In this document: piece by piece, positions 1-8,150 of the stretch
Layout: every line of letters starts with the position of its first letter
Numbering within the stretch: position 1 is the first letter of the stretch
From: an uncultured archaeon
Lineage (GTDB): Archaea > Asgardarchaeota > Thorarchaeia > Thorarchaeales > Thorarchaeaceae
Reading direction: 5' to 3'
Length of the DNA: 11,904 nucleotides
NCBI GenBank assembly: GCA_964610875.1
Contig: CAZSWP010000069.1
Location: 1-11,904 of the forward strand
Position numbers and translations under genes: made by a program
The notes under the pieces: model-generated
Databases searched by the model: none
Told to the model about the DNA's origin: nothing
What the model saw: the letters and a program-made list of their open reading frames with translations, nothing else

Positions 1-175
1 CTTGAGACACGTCAACATTACCTGAATCGCTATGTTGACACGACCTGACCATCGTTTCAAGCAAGCAGTATATCCTGTTGGTCTTACTGTGGTCTGTCAT
101 AGGGGTCAGATCATACCCCTTTCTCCAAGACCAATCAACCATTTCAGAGGAGTCACCGTCTTGATGACTACCCAT
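1..175 (-). CDS. Partial hypothetical protein (N-terminus; runs off the left edge), divergent from the wHTH gene
   Basis: ATG at 175-173 on the minus strand. The frame reads MGSHQDGDSSEMVDWSWRKGYDLTPMTDHSKTNRIYCLLETMVRSCQHSDSGNVDVSQ with no stop to the edge. It is 52 nt from the divergent ATG at 228. Confidence 0.45.
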   Translation of the reverse strand, partial: MGSHQDGDSSEMVDWSWRKGYDLTPMTDHSKTNRIYCLLETMVRSCQHSDSGNVDVSQ

Positions 176-227
176 GTGCCCACACTACTGTTACAATCAA
201 CTTCGATTAACTATAAGTAACGAGTTT

Positions 228-512
228 ATGTCCACTGAGATTGAGGGACTGTTGGAGACACTTGAACGGACAAGTGCTCTGAGGATACTCTGTCGCCTGA
301 GAACAGGACCAATCTTCATCACTGCGCTGAAGAAGTCAGCGACCAATCCTGATGGACTGGGTTCATTCAAGACATTACGGAAGGCCTTTGATGGCCTGCT
401 GGAACTCGGACTGGTCAAAGAGAAGAAGACGGGACGACCATACTCATTGGAATACTCATTGACTGACAAGGGAAGAAAAGTACTGTCGTGTCTGGTTCAG
501 AATCTATCATGA
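228..512 (+). CDS. Winged helix-turn-helix transcriptional regulator (HxlR/PadR/MarR-like), 94 aa
   Basis: Likely start MSTEIEG at 228. The pattern LRILCRL-RTGPIFITALKK...SFKTLRKAFDGLLELGLVKEK...YSLTDKGRKV is a classic wHTH with a Y-x-LT-x-KG wing terminus. Confidence 0.85.
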   Translation: MSTEIEGLLETLERTSALRILCRLRTGPIFITALKKSATNPDGLGSFKTLRKAFDGLLELGLVKEKKTGRPYSLEYSLTDKGRKVLSCLVQNLS

Positions 513-632
513 TTATATTCTATCAAAGGACTGATGCATTTGCTAAAACAAGGATGATGCTGATTCCTTCTTAGGATGGGAGTCTGACAGTGTAATGTAA
601 TGGTGGAATGAAATTTCTGATAAGAAAATCTT

Positions 633-893
633 ATGGTAATTCGTGAGATAATACCAATCATGCCAACGAGAGCTGTTGTTGAACAAAAATACAGAAGAAG
701 ACTCCAGAAGAAAGGCATAGTGGATGAGGAGATAGAACGAAGAGTCAGTGAATATATGCATGAATATGATCTGAAAGAGCAACATCGAAAGGCGTTTCTA
801 GCTGGAAAGAAATCATATGAAAGAGCAGAAGCCAATGCTCAATTTGAGAATGAATGGTCTAAGATACGAAAACAGGTTCTTGAAAAGGAATGA
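633..893 (+). CDS. Small charged helical hypothetical protein
   Basis: 86 aa ORF (alternative ATG at 660), E/K/R-rich with purine-rich coding bias; no recognisable motif. Confidence 0.6.
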   Translation: MVIREIIPIMPTRAVVEQKYRRRLQKKGIVDEEIERRVSEYMHEYDLKEQHRKAFLAGKKSYERAEANAQFENEWSKIRKQVLEKE

Positions 894-994
894 CAACTAT
901 CTTCTATGAAATGTGGACGCAAAGATACATTGGGGACCATGTGAATACCATATCCAGCTTAATATGCGCATATCACTAACTGGAGGAGCGACGA

Positions 995-1870
995 GTGTAT
1001 CTTATCCAAGAAATCAAAGAAATGACCGATAATTTGGTCCAGCATTTTAGGCTTAGTGGATTTGAAAGTCCTAAACCAACCCATAAACATTCAACATACT
1101 TTTCGAATTTAAAACAAGCAATGCAAATGACTCAGGACTTGATTAACAAAATAGAAGAGTCCCTTCTCTCCCTAGAACCCATGATCACTTCATCCGAGTA
1201 TGATGAGCTTGAATCCGTGACCTTGGGAAGTGTTAATAGCTCAGCTCCATTTGTTTCTGCTGATCCCTTCTCAGCGAGAGAATGGAAATTTGACCAAGAA
1301 GATGACCCCTCTCCTGGTCTAATTCAAGTCCGTTATTTCTTGGAGAAAACTGTACCTCTTGAGCCTGCAAGAAAGGAGTTTGCTGAATACCTGTACTCTG
1401 CGCAACAAGCATTAAGAGTTTCATCACTTGGTATAGAACGCTTACTATCAAGAATGCAGTTTCTTGTGATGTTTCCTGATAGACTGAGTACAGCACGTTC
1501 TAAGATTGAACCACTTCTGGATTCTTTAGGTTCGAGAAACTCGAAAGATGATTTTGTACTAGCTATTGAGGACCTCGCTGGGGGCGAATTCCTTCAGTGT
1601 GTAACACATCTTAGAGGGTGCTTGGAGAAAGTAACATTTGATGTTATTGACAAGCTTGAGTTATCAAGGTCTGGTGGTAGATCAATCCAGATTCTGAAGG
1701 TTAATGGCTTTCTCAATGAATATGAATCTAGACTTCTCAAGAAATACAAAGAATTTATTGATAATCGTGTCCACGATGGAAAAGTGACACAGGTCCAAGC
1801 TCAATTTGCTCTAGATATGATGTTCTCAGTTTTGGGATTTATCTTTCTACGATTGGCTGAATTTTCTTGA
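995..1870 (+). CDS. Hypothetical protein with a C-terminal HEPN-like domain (Abi_C/DUF4145-type)
   Basis: GTG start with GGAGGAG at 982-988. The C-terminus has AIEDLAGGEFLQCVTHLRGCLEKV (A...R..LE helix), FIDNRVHDG (N..H in the HEPN catalytic position, no canonical Rx4H) and the closing helix QAQFALDMMFSVLGFI. Confidence 0.6.
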   Translation: MYLIQEIKEMTDNLVQHFRLSGFESPKPTHKHSTYFSNLKQAMQMTQDLINKIEESLLSLEPMITSSEYDELESVTLGSVNSSAPFVSADPFSAREWKFDQEDDPSPGLIQVRYFLEKTVPLEPARKEFAEYLYSAQQALRVSSLGIERLLSRMQFLVMFPDRLSTARSKIEPLLDSLGSRNSKDDFVLAIEDLAGGEFLQCVTHLRGCLEKVTFDVIDKLELSRSGGRSIQILKVNGFLNEYESRLLKKYKEFIDNRVHDGKVTQVQAQFALDMMFSVLGFIFLRLAEFS

Positions 1871-2052
1871 TTATTACAGGATAATCACTGGATAACACAA
1901 GAATTACACGAAGTGGTCATATGAAACTCAAAATTCTTGATTTATTAGTAATCACCAAACCTGAGTAATCATTCGTTCTCTCAGAGAGAATCTACTCACA
2001 AATATTGTAGCAAGCAATAGAATCTGAGAAATTCTATGCTTATACACGGTGA

Positions 2053-3357
2053 CTATCCCACATATTCCATCTCGCCGAAATACATATTGAACCCTCTCTC
2101 GCCAAATAGAATGAATGAAAGAACTGTTACAAACACAAATACCATGATCCATGCAATAGCTACAGAGATAAACGAAAGGGGATGCATCATATCAAAAGTC
2201 GGTTCAGGAAATACAAAAAATATAGAGAATGAGATGAATATCATTGTAAAATTGATTAGACCCAATCCCGCTGAAGCATTCATTCTACTCAGCACTATCT
2301 CTCTTCTTTTTACTGCTTTTCTAAGTAAATCATTGAAATCATCATTGGACACATCAAAGTAAGGTACTAGACCTGGACCAAGCGAATCACCATTACACGT
2401 AATTCTCAAAGACGAAAATGAGAAGAAAATGGCTATAATTGCAAAAAAAGCTAAACCAAAACTTCCCAGTATAAGACCTGTCGAGATAAGATTAGGTTCT
2501 GCAGGATTTACACTTACCGCAAGAATTGCTAGTGATATTGTAAGGAGAATACTAATCCCATTACGGAAATTGCTTCGATTCTTGTCAAGAATATCACATC
2601 TGGAAGCTAAGTAGGTTACATCTGGTTTGAATACATCTTCAGATTTGGATTCTTCTTCATCTAGAGTTTCTTCTTCAATTTTCTGCATCGGTCTGATAAC
2701 CATGATTGTGAATGACAGGAAAACGAATGAAGCTCCTAAATAATCTCCAATTGTATTGTGTGCATCTATTTCGTTTTGCACCTCAGAGTCGGAATAGAGG
2801 ACCACATATGTCCTGTTGATCGGAGTGTACAGATAGTCACTGCCGTTCCAGTGCTCTATTAGTATTTGATATGTGACATTGGTTTTTGCAGGTTGTTTCT
2901 TGATATTCACTGACAGATAATTCACATATTCTGTAGGTAAATCATCCACTGAAAACCCTTCGTAATGAGTCCACCATTCTCTGTAATTGAATGAACCTAC
3001 TTCAATATCTTTGCTATCATTATAGTGATCCCCATGGTCTCCATTGCTATATAGAAACCATACACCCACAAATGGGGTATAGTATGACCTATTTACCCAA
3101 AATTCAACATTGGAAAAGTAGTCGCTAGTGACGTTATGCACACCTCCCAACTCGGCACAGAGGACATCTCCATCCTTCAATAGATAGGGTTCAGCATTCT
3201 TTCTAACAACTCCTGTGTTGATATCTGGTTGAGTGATACGGGCAAAACCCACAAAGATTGGAACAAGAATCAGGAAAAGAAGAGAAATCTGTATAGCTCT
3301 CCTATATCTAGGCCATAGTAGTTTTTTGTATCTACTCAGGATATCGACAGCTTTCAT
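2053..3357 (-). CDS. Multi-pass membrane protein (434 aa): N-terminal TM, extracellular beta-rich domain, C-terminal TM bundle resembling PycTM/DUF5706
   Basis: AGAGGAG lies 6 nt before the ATG at 3357 (MKAVDIL). Hydrophobic segments are ISLLFLILVPIFVGF, YLGASFVFLSFTIMVI, ISILLTISLAILAVSV, LILGSFGLAFFAIIAIFFSF, GLGLINFTMIFISFSIFFVF and FISVAIAWIMVFVFVTVLSFILF. The domain after TM1 has N-x-S/T sequons (NVT, NRS, NGS, NRT). Confidence 0.8.
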   Translation of the reverse strand: MKAVDILSRYKKLLWPRYRRAIQISLLFLILVPIFVGFARITQPDINTGVVRKNAEPYLLKDGDVLCAELGGVHNVTSDYFSNVEFWVNRSYYTPFVGVWFLYSNGDHGDHYNDSKDIEVGSFNYREWWTHYEGFSVDDLPTEYVNYLSVNIKKQPAKTNVTYQILIEHWNGSDYLYTPINRTYVVLYSDSEVQNEIDAHNTIGDYLGASFVFLSFTIMVIRPMQKIEEETLDEEESKSEDVFKPDVTYLASRCDILDKNRSNFRNGISILLTISLAILAVSVNPAEPNLISTGLILGSFGLAFFAIIAIFFSFSSLRITCNGDSLGPGLVPYFDVSNDDFNDLLRKAVKRREIVLSRMNASAGLGLINFTMIFISFSIFFVFPEPTFDMMHPLSFISVAIAWIMVFVFVTVLSFILFGERGFNMYFGEMEYVG

Positions 3358-3398
3358 TTGAACTCCTCTGGAATACGTATGAATCAGGTTTGAATTGA

Positions 3399-3489
3399 GG
3401 TCAGGAGTAAGAATGGGATGCAATTCTCCTACCAAGGACTAAAGGTGTGGCCCTGTTACGCTAGGAACACCAGAACCTTACTCCCAACC
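3399..3489 (-). ncRNA. Candidate structured RNA or cis-regulatory leader upstream of the membrane-protein gene
   Basis: 14-bp closing helix 3399-3412/3476-3489, whose three mismatches are all G-U on the minus strand. Internal stems are GGUGU/ACACC plus UCCU/AGGG, and UCCU-UGGU-AGGA. Confidence 0.4.
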
Positions 3490-3495
3490 AAAAAT

Positions 3496-3507
3496 ACTTA
3501 GCTAAGT
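3496..3507. promoter_or_regulatory. Perfect 12-bp palindrome ACTTAGCTAAGT in a divergent intergenic region; possible operator
   Basis: Direct reading; lies between the divergent genes at 3357(-) and 3683(+). Confidence 0.35.
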
Positions 3508-3682
3508 GGTAGTAGAAAAGAGTTCTGGTTTGCGAAATATATTGTTCTTCCAGTGAAAAACTAGGAAATTCACTCTATGCTAATCTCGCCAAATTCTTCA
3601 GAAAATCAGAATCAAGACGAGTTCTTATGATTATTGTATGAGAAGGACAACATGATTTATGACATTGTATTCATCTGCCTAA

Positions 3683-4534
3683 TTGAAAATGGATTCTCTG
3701 GGTAGAACTAATATGGACGACAAATTGTATCAAAGCGGCAAATTTCAATCTTGGAGAAGAGATATTCTTGGGTTTTATGAGGACGCATTTAGCAAATCTC
3801 TTGATGTAGAATCTGAGAAAATACTGGATTGGACATTTCCAAATCGTTTGATTCTGTACATGAAAGACTCCATTCTGGCTGCATACTCTCCAATCCCTGA
3901 GATACAGCATCTTCTCAGTAAGTTGCCAATGGGAGAAGCTCCTTCTAATGAGGAGATTGAAAAGAAGAGACAGGTAGAATCATTTATTCTAGACAGTCTG
4001 CTTGAAAAGAGACTATCCCTTTGGTACCGTTCTGTACTATGGATAACCACAGCAGCCTATTATGGTGCTTATGAGTCAGTTGCACGAGAGTTGAGATTCA
4101 TAGTTGAGGATTGTGTTCAGGCATACATTGTTGATATGCGGATTCCTTATGATGAATATGATGGCCGTGTTGAATCGTCAATCATGAAAGATGAACTTAG
4201 AGGTGGGCGACTGATAGATGAAGCCAAACTTCCTGATGACCTTACAAAAAATCTCAAAGATATCTATTATACACTATGCGACTATGTTCATCCATCTATG
4301 AAAATAATCAAAGCAATCAAAGGAAACAGCACTGGAAATTTTGAGTATGATGAAGACATGTTTCATCAAGCATATAATTGGCACAGAACTGCTTTCGACC
4401 TTGTTTTTGTTCTTGTGTTATCTAAATTTCCTAAGGCAATCAGAAAATTAGAGAAAAACTTCGACATACGTCAGGATTTGACACACTATAACTATGAAGA
4501 AACTCTGAAATTCATATCAAACGATAGATTCTGA
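3683..4534 (+). CDS. HEPN-like helical protein (DUF5677-type)
   Basis: GAYESVARELRFIVE (G-x-Y...LR..vE) and DIYYTLCDYVHP (Y..L[SC]..VH) are the two hallmark motifs of DUF5677-like HEPN relatives. The start is uncertain (3683 TTG, 3689 or 3713 ATG). Confidence 0.65.
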   Translation: MKMDSLGRTNMDDKLYQSGKFQSWRRDILGFYEDAFSKSLDVESEKILDWTFPNRLILYMKDSILAAYSPIPEIQHLLSKLPMGEAPSNEEIEKKRQVESFILDSLLEKRLSLWYRSVLWITTAAYYGAYESVARELRFIVEDCVQAYIVDMRIPYDEYDGRVESSIMKDELRGGRLIDEAKLPDDLTKNLKDIYYTLCDYVHPSMKIIKAIKGNSTGNFEYDEDMFHQAYNWHRTAFDLVFVLVLSKFPKAIRKLEKNFDIRQDLTHYNYEETLKFISNDRF

Positions 4535-4604
4535 TTTGAATTCACAAATACTGTAAAATCTTGCAACTCGTTCGGAACGCATTCCTGAATCAAACACAGG
4601 CAAC

Positions 4605-5204
4605 TTACACATTGGCATGACAATTCGGACACTGAGTCAAACCTTGTTCAAACTTCTTACCGCAGTAAGGACAAACAATCAGAACTCTGGTATAGGCAGG
4701 GATATCCTCAGTTTCCTCTAACTTTTTCTTATCAGCCGACTTCCTTTGAGAAACAACACTCACAATAACCACGAACAGAGCAATGATTCCAAGTAGCCCA
4801 AGAAATGGTGATATGGATGTTGTACTCTGTTCTTCTTCAACATATACAGTAAAGCTCTCAGTCAATTCCGATGCTCCTGAGAAGAGTGACCCTGCTTCAA
4901 CATGGATCGTATACGACCCTGTTTCGCTCAGTGAGATTGTATACTCATGTGAATAAATGATGTATGCATCTCCATCAAAAATATGCGTCCCCCAAGTGAG
5001 TTCTTCTTCTCCTGTAGCAGAGAGAGAGAAATAGTCATAGTCCTGAGCATTTGTCAACCTGACCGTGAAACTGAACTCTTCATGCTCAGTCACTCTGCTA
5101 GGTTCGTCTAGAATTTCCAATACAGGTGTTTGTGCATGTACATTTGATGCAAGGACTGACAATGTCAGTACTAGTAGTAACGAGAATAATATACTCCTTC
5201 TCAA
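4605..5204 (-). CDS. Single-pass membrane protein: signal peptide, Ig-like extracellular domain, TM, cytoplasmic zinc ribbon
   Basis: Signal peptide MRRSILFSLLLVLTLSVLASNVHA|Q; beta-sandwich pattern FSFTVRLTNA...TGSYTIHVEA; TM FLGLLGIIALFVVIVSVV; C-terminal CPYCGKKFEQGLTQCPNCHANV. Confidence 0.85.
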   Translation of the reverse strand: MRRSILFSLLLVLTLSVLASNVHAQTPVLEILDEPSRVTEHEEFSFTVRLTNAQDYDYFSLSATGEEELTWGTHIFDGDAYIIYSHEYTISLSETGSYTIHVEAGSLFSGASELTESFTVYVEEEQSTTSISPFLGLLGIIALFVVIVSVVSQRKSADKKKLEETEDIPAYTRVLIVCPYCGKKFEQGLTQCPNCHANV

Positions 5205-5453
5205 TCAATCATCCCTTCTGCGAGAATATTTCAAATCCCCTCTAGACATAGATACAAGTGAAGTGCTGAACTAAATATCTTTCCGAAACTCATAATGAAG
5301 TTGTTAACTCAATTGTTAGGAGTTTCACCTAGAGAGTGTATTCAGAGTTATCTTCTTATTGCACATGATAGTAGGATGAGATGATGTAAGTATTCATTGA
5401 GGGATATTGAGAAGGACCTCTACGCACTATGAAAGGTCTTCTGGAATAGTGCA

Positions 5454-5696
5454 ATGATTGGCTCATTGAAAGAGTCAGATAAAAGTGGAAGAGAGAAAGT
5501 ACGATACTTTCTCAATGCCTATGGAAAGCAGGTGCTTGAATTACTCATTAAGAGATACAAGAGAGATAATATGGACCAAATTGATCTTTTTGTGGAGAAG
5601 GATGATTCAAAAATAGTGCTTGTTATTTGCCCGTTCTGTGGTGTGAAGACTCCTCATGGTCTGATGAGATGTAAGAAATGTGAATCTGACCTGTAG
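5454..5696 (+). CDS. Small zinc-ribbon protein, possibly 5'-truncated
   Basis: C-terminal VLVICPFCGVKTPHGLMRCKKCESDL. The frame continues upstream past an in-frame TGA at 5430-5432 (KYSLRDIEKDLYAL*KVFWNSAM). Confidence 0.7.
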   Translation: MIGSLKESDKSGREKVRYFLNAYGKQVLELLIKRYKRDNMDQIDLFVEKDDSKIVLVICPFCGVKTPHGLMRCKKCESDL

Positions 5697-5789
5697 TTAG
5701 AGTATGATGACATAGTTTTGGGAATAAGTAAAATTAGTTCCTGATTGGATTGCGTCGTGGCAAGAGACTGAGGGTGACTTTGAATGAGT

Positions 5790-6632
5790 TCACCGTAAGA
5801 ATTTCTTTACAAGTGGCATCATAGTTCGTTCAAGTTCAACGACTTGTAATTCTTCTTCACCCAAAAGTGCTTTCATGATCTCTAGTTTAGCTATTTCAGC
5901 CTCAGCGGTTTCAAGGTTCATTTCTACATATTTTCGTGTTGTTTCATTCTTCTTCAAGTGGTAGACCCATCGTATCAAAGATACATCATCAGTACTAACA
6001 TCAGGGTGACTCAATGACTTTACCCATTTCAAAAGATATGCCTCTCGAAAGAATGTAGGGTCAGTGAGAAGACTGTAAAAGAATCTGGTGAATACCAACC
6101 TAAGGTGGTCATCTGGATCATTCGGGTCAGTACCACTGGGATTCCAGAGATGCCCTGATTCTCTAGACATAGAATCAATACTATGGGTGATTGCCCAAGC
6201 AGCATACATCAGCCGTTCCGCAGCTATCCACTCTATTCCTTCTCCTTCTCTGAAGAAATACCACAATCCAAATACCTCGGGAAGAAGATTCTTCCAGATT
6301 TGGGATATTTTGGCAATCTTTTCCAAAGCATCACCCAAGAGATTGAGTGCTCTAACGTTATCTATTGTCGGGTGAGGAACAGGTCTGATGAACAAGTCAT
6401 TGAGGACCGTAGCAAGTCCCTCCACTGTTAGAGAAATACTTGTGTGAGGATGTGGGTTTTCAAGTGTTGGCCTACTCTTACATCTAATCAGACCCTGATC
6501 TCTAAGCTTTCCAATTCTGGTCGAAACGGTACTACTAGCAATACCTAGTTTTTTGGATATTTTATTACCGATAGTTGGACCACAGAGACCGAGGTTTCTC
6601 AAAATTTCACTATCACGTTTAGATAAAATCAT
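5790..6632 (-). CDS. Winged-HTH (MarR/ArsR-like) regulator with a large C-terminal helical domain
   Basis: LSKRDSEILRNL-GLCGPTIGNKISKKLGIASSTVSTRIGKLRDQGLI...SLTVEG is a wHTH; about 200 aa of unrecognised C-terminal sequence follows. Confidence 0.85.
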   Translation of the reverse strand: MILSKRDSEILRNLGLCGPTIGNKISKKLGIASSTVSTRIGKLRDQGLIRCKSRPTLENPHPHTSISLTVEGLATVLNDLFIRPVPHPTIDNVRALNLLGDALEKIAKISQIWKNLLPEVFGLWYFFREGEGIEWIAAERLMYAAWAITHSIDSMSRESGHLWNPSGTDPNDPDDHLRLVFTRFFYSLLTDPTFFREAYLLKWVKSLSHPDVSTDDVSLIRWVYHLKKNETTRKYVEMNLETAEAEIAKLEIMKALLGEEELQVVELERTMMPLVKKFLR

Positions 6633-6723
6633 TGTCTTATATTCTCACTCTTGATTGATATACTATGAGGCTAACTTGTGTTTTATAATATCAAATTAAC
6701 GAAGTTTTCGGAGTTTTTAAAAA

Positions 6724-6757
6724 CACAGTAAACTGATAGAGGTATTCTTATACTGTG
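6724..6757. promoter_or_regulatory. Inverted repeat CACAGTA-N20-TACTGTG overlapping a TATA-like TTATA (6748-6752); putative operator
   Basis: Lies in the divergent promoter between the wHTH gene and 6771. It has the same core and spacing as 9908-9941. Confidence 0.5.
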
Positions 6758-6770
6758 ACATCCAGTACTA

Positions 6771-7613
6771 ATGTGTGGCATGACAGTGACAGACTCTATG
6801 ATAAAGTACGAACCACCTCTTGAAGAGATGGACGAGGAGACAGAAAGACTCACCATTGAAGTGGAAGAACACGGTGGAGTCCTGAGCAGTACTGTGACCA
6901 GACGGCGCATGGACTTCACGGTAGAGGATGGACAGATCATCTTCAAACACGGAGAGATACTGCTCGGAGACCCTGAGGGACTGCACTTCTCATTCCCCGT
7001 GATGCCGTGGGAGAAGACCCATGCACTGACCAGAGCACCAGGGCGAGCTGGCAGAAAGATATTCGACAGCGGCAGGTTCGGTAAGGTCCGCTGGTACACC
7101 CCCCATCCTATAGACTATCGGACAACTGACGATAGGCTGTATATGGCAATGGGTACGGACAGAGAAGGAAAGCAGCAACTCATCACCGTGGCAGAGCGTG
7201 AGGATGTGGAACTCTGGACACTGGTAGAGGCCATCACTCTGGAAGACGACTACACCGAGTTTGCTGAGCGAGTCCGACAGCACATCCGCAGACTGGTGGA
7301 CGAGGGAGTATTGAGCACAAAACTACTTGATGCTCTGGAGATTCTGGATGACTGCATTGCGGTACACCCCAGTGTGACTCGTGAGGTACTGTATCCCCCT
7401 GAGGGAGAGCAACCGCGACCTGACACACCTACAGTGGTTGATGATGCACATGCCCTTGGTATGCAACTACGGCATGAGGCAGCTATGCTCCTGCATATGG
7501 TCAAGCTTGGGAAAGAAGCAGAGGAACGACTCCGAGAGATGGAGATTCCGCAGAAGCAACTTGAACGAGCGTGGCGTATGATCCATGACAGTAAATCAGT
7601 ACCAGAGCTGTAG
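6771..7613 (+). CDS. Hypothetical protein (beta-rich N half, helical C half) in a GC-rich gene
   Basis: 280 aa ORF (alternative ATG at 6780) with protein-like composition; 37/60 G+C in 6961-7020; no recognisable motif. Confidence 0.8.
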   Translation: MCGMTVTDSMIKYEPPLEEMDEETERLTIEVEEHGGVLSSTVTRRRMDFTVEDGQIIFKHGEILLGDPEGLHFSFPVMPWEKTHALTRAPGRAGRKIFDSGRFGKVRWYTPHPIDYRTTDDRLYMAMGTDREGKQQLITVAEREDVELWTLVEAITLEDDYTEFAERVRQHIRRLVDEGVLSTKLLDALEILDDCIAVHPSVTREVLYPPEGEQPRPDTPTVVDDAHALGMQLRHEAAMLLHMVKLGKEAEERLREMEIPQKQLERAWRMIHDSKSVPEL

Positions 7614-7630
7614 ATAGAGTTGATTACACA

Positions 7631-7959
7631 ATGAGTCTGAAGAAAAAGAGGGACACCTTCAAGCGAAAAAGGAGAAGGAAGAAGTCTGCTCCCAGTTATG
7701 ATACAGAACGAGAAACACATACGACTCCAGACTTAGAAGTAGATATACACGTGTCAAGACAATTCACTGGCATCCTGAAGAGGAATTTAGCAAACCTCTC
7801 TGCCATGATGTTTTTTCAAAAGCCCCATCTAACATCGACTGGGTTTCCTGAAGGTTTTGTCTGAAGTGTCTTGTGAAAAGAGGTCTTTTAGATGAATCCG
7901 AGCTCGAATTTAAGAATCTTCTAAGAAGACGAGAATTGGCTAAATTCAGACCCGTTTAG
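7631..7959 (+). pseudogene. Disrupted basic zinc-finger-like gene (one frameshift plus an in-frame TGA)
   Basis: ATG 7631 gives MSLKKKRDTFKRKRRRKK. The -1 frame 7702-7959 reads YRTRNTYDSRLRSRYTRVKTIHWHPEEEFSKPLCHDVFSKAPSNIDWVS*RFCLKCLVKRGLLDESELEFKNLLRRRELAKFRPV*, with TGA at 7849-7851. Confidence 0.5.
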
Positions 7960-7991
7960 TCAAGGAAGAAAGTCGTATTTGAAAAAGGTGA

Positions 7992-8015
7992 TGGAGTTGG
8001 CCTCTTCCAACTCCA
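7992..8015 (-). terminator. Stem-loop between convergent genes; likely terminator
   Basis: TGGAGTTGG-CCTCTT-CCAACTCCA is a 9-bp perfect stem, followed on the minus strand by a T5 tract (plus-strand AAAAA at 7982-7986). Confidence 0.55.
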
Positions 8016-8020
8016 CATTA

Positions 8021-8074
8021 CTATAGTTTTCCACCACAATTGGGGCATGTCGTGATGGCTTGTTCAACTTTCAC
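8021..8074 (-). pseudogene. Orphan 3' remnant of a zinc-ribbon gene (VKVEQAITTCPNCGGKL*)
   Basis: Matches the second half of the ribbon in 4605..5204 (KFEQGLTQCPNCHANV). The first CxxC is missing and there is an in-frame stop a few codons upstream. Confidence 0.55.
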
Positions 8075-8150
8075 ACGAACCGGTATCTTGGTTTACAGGT
8101 TTAGAAGTTTATTCTTCAAAATAGATTTAACATATTTCTAATCATCGAAC

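Noticed and set aside
174-227. N-terminal extension MCPHYCYN of the wHTH ORF
   Set aside because: It covers the AT-rich divergent promoter; the wHTH domain begins at ATG 228.
3358-3435. Upstream extension of the 460-aa ORF
   Set aside because: A strong SD precedes ATG 3357, and the extension overlaps the structured element.
3444-3480. HDV-like ribozyme or tRNA within the structured region
   Set aside because: CCT-GTTACGCT-AGG resembles P3/L3, but there is no room for P2 and no P1.1 GG; no T-loop GTTCRA or cloverleaf.
7960-8020. SECIS element for the TGA at 7849
   Set aside because: GTGA precedes the stem but there is no matching GA on the 3' side and no apical AA; it fits a minus-strand terminator better.
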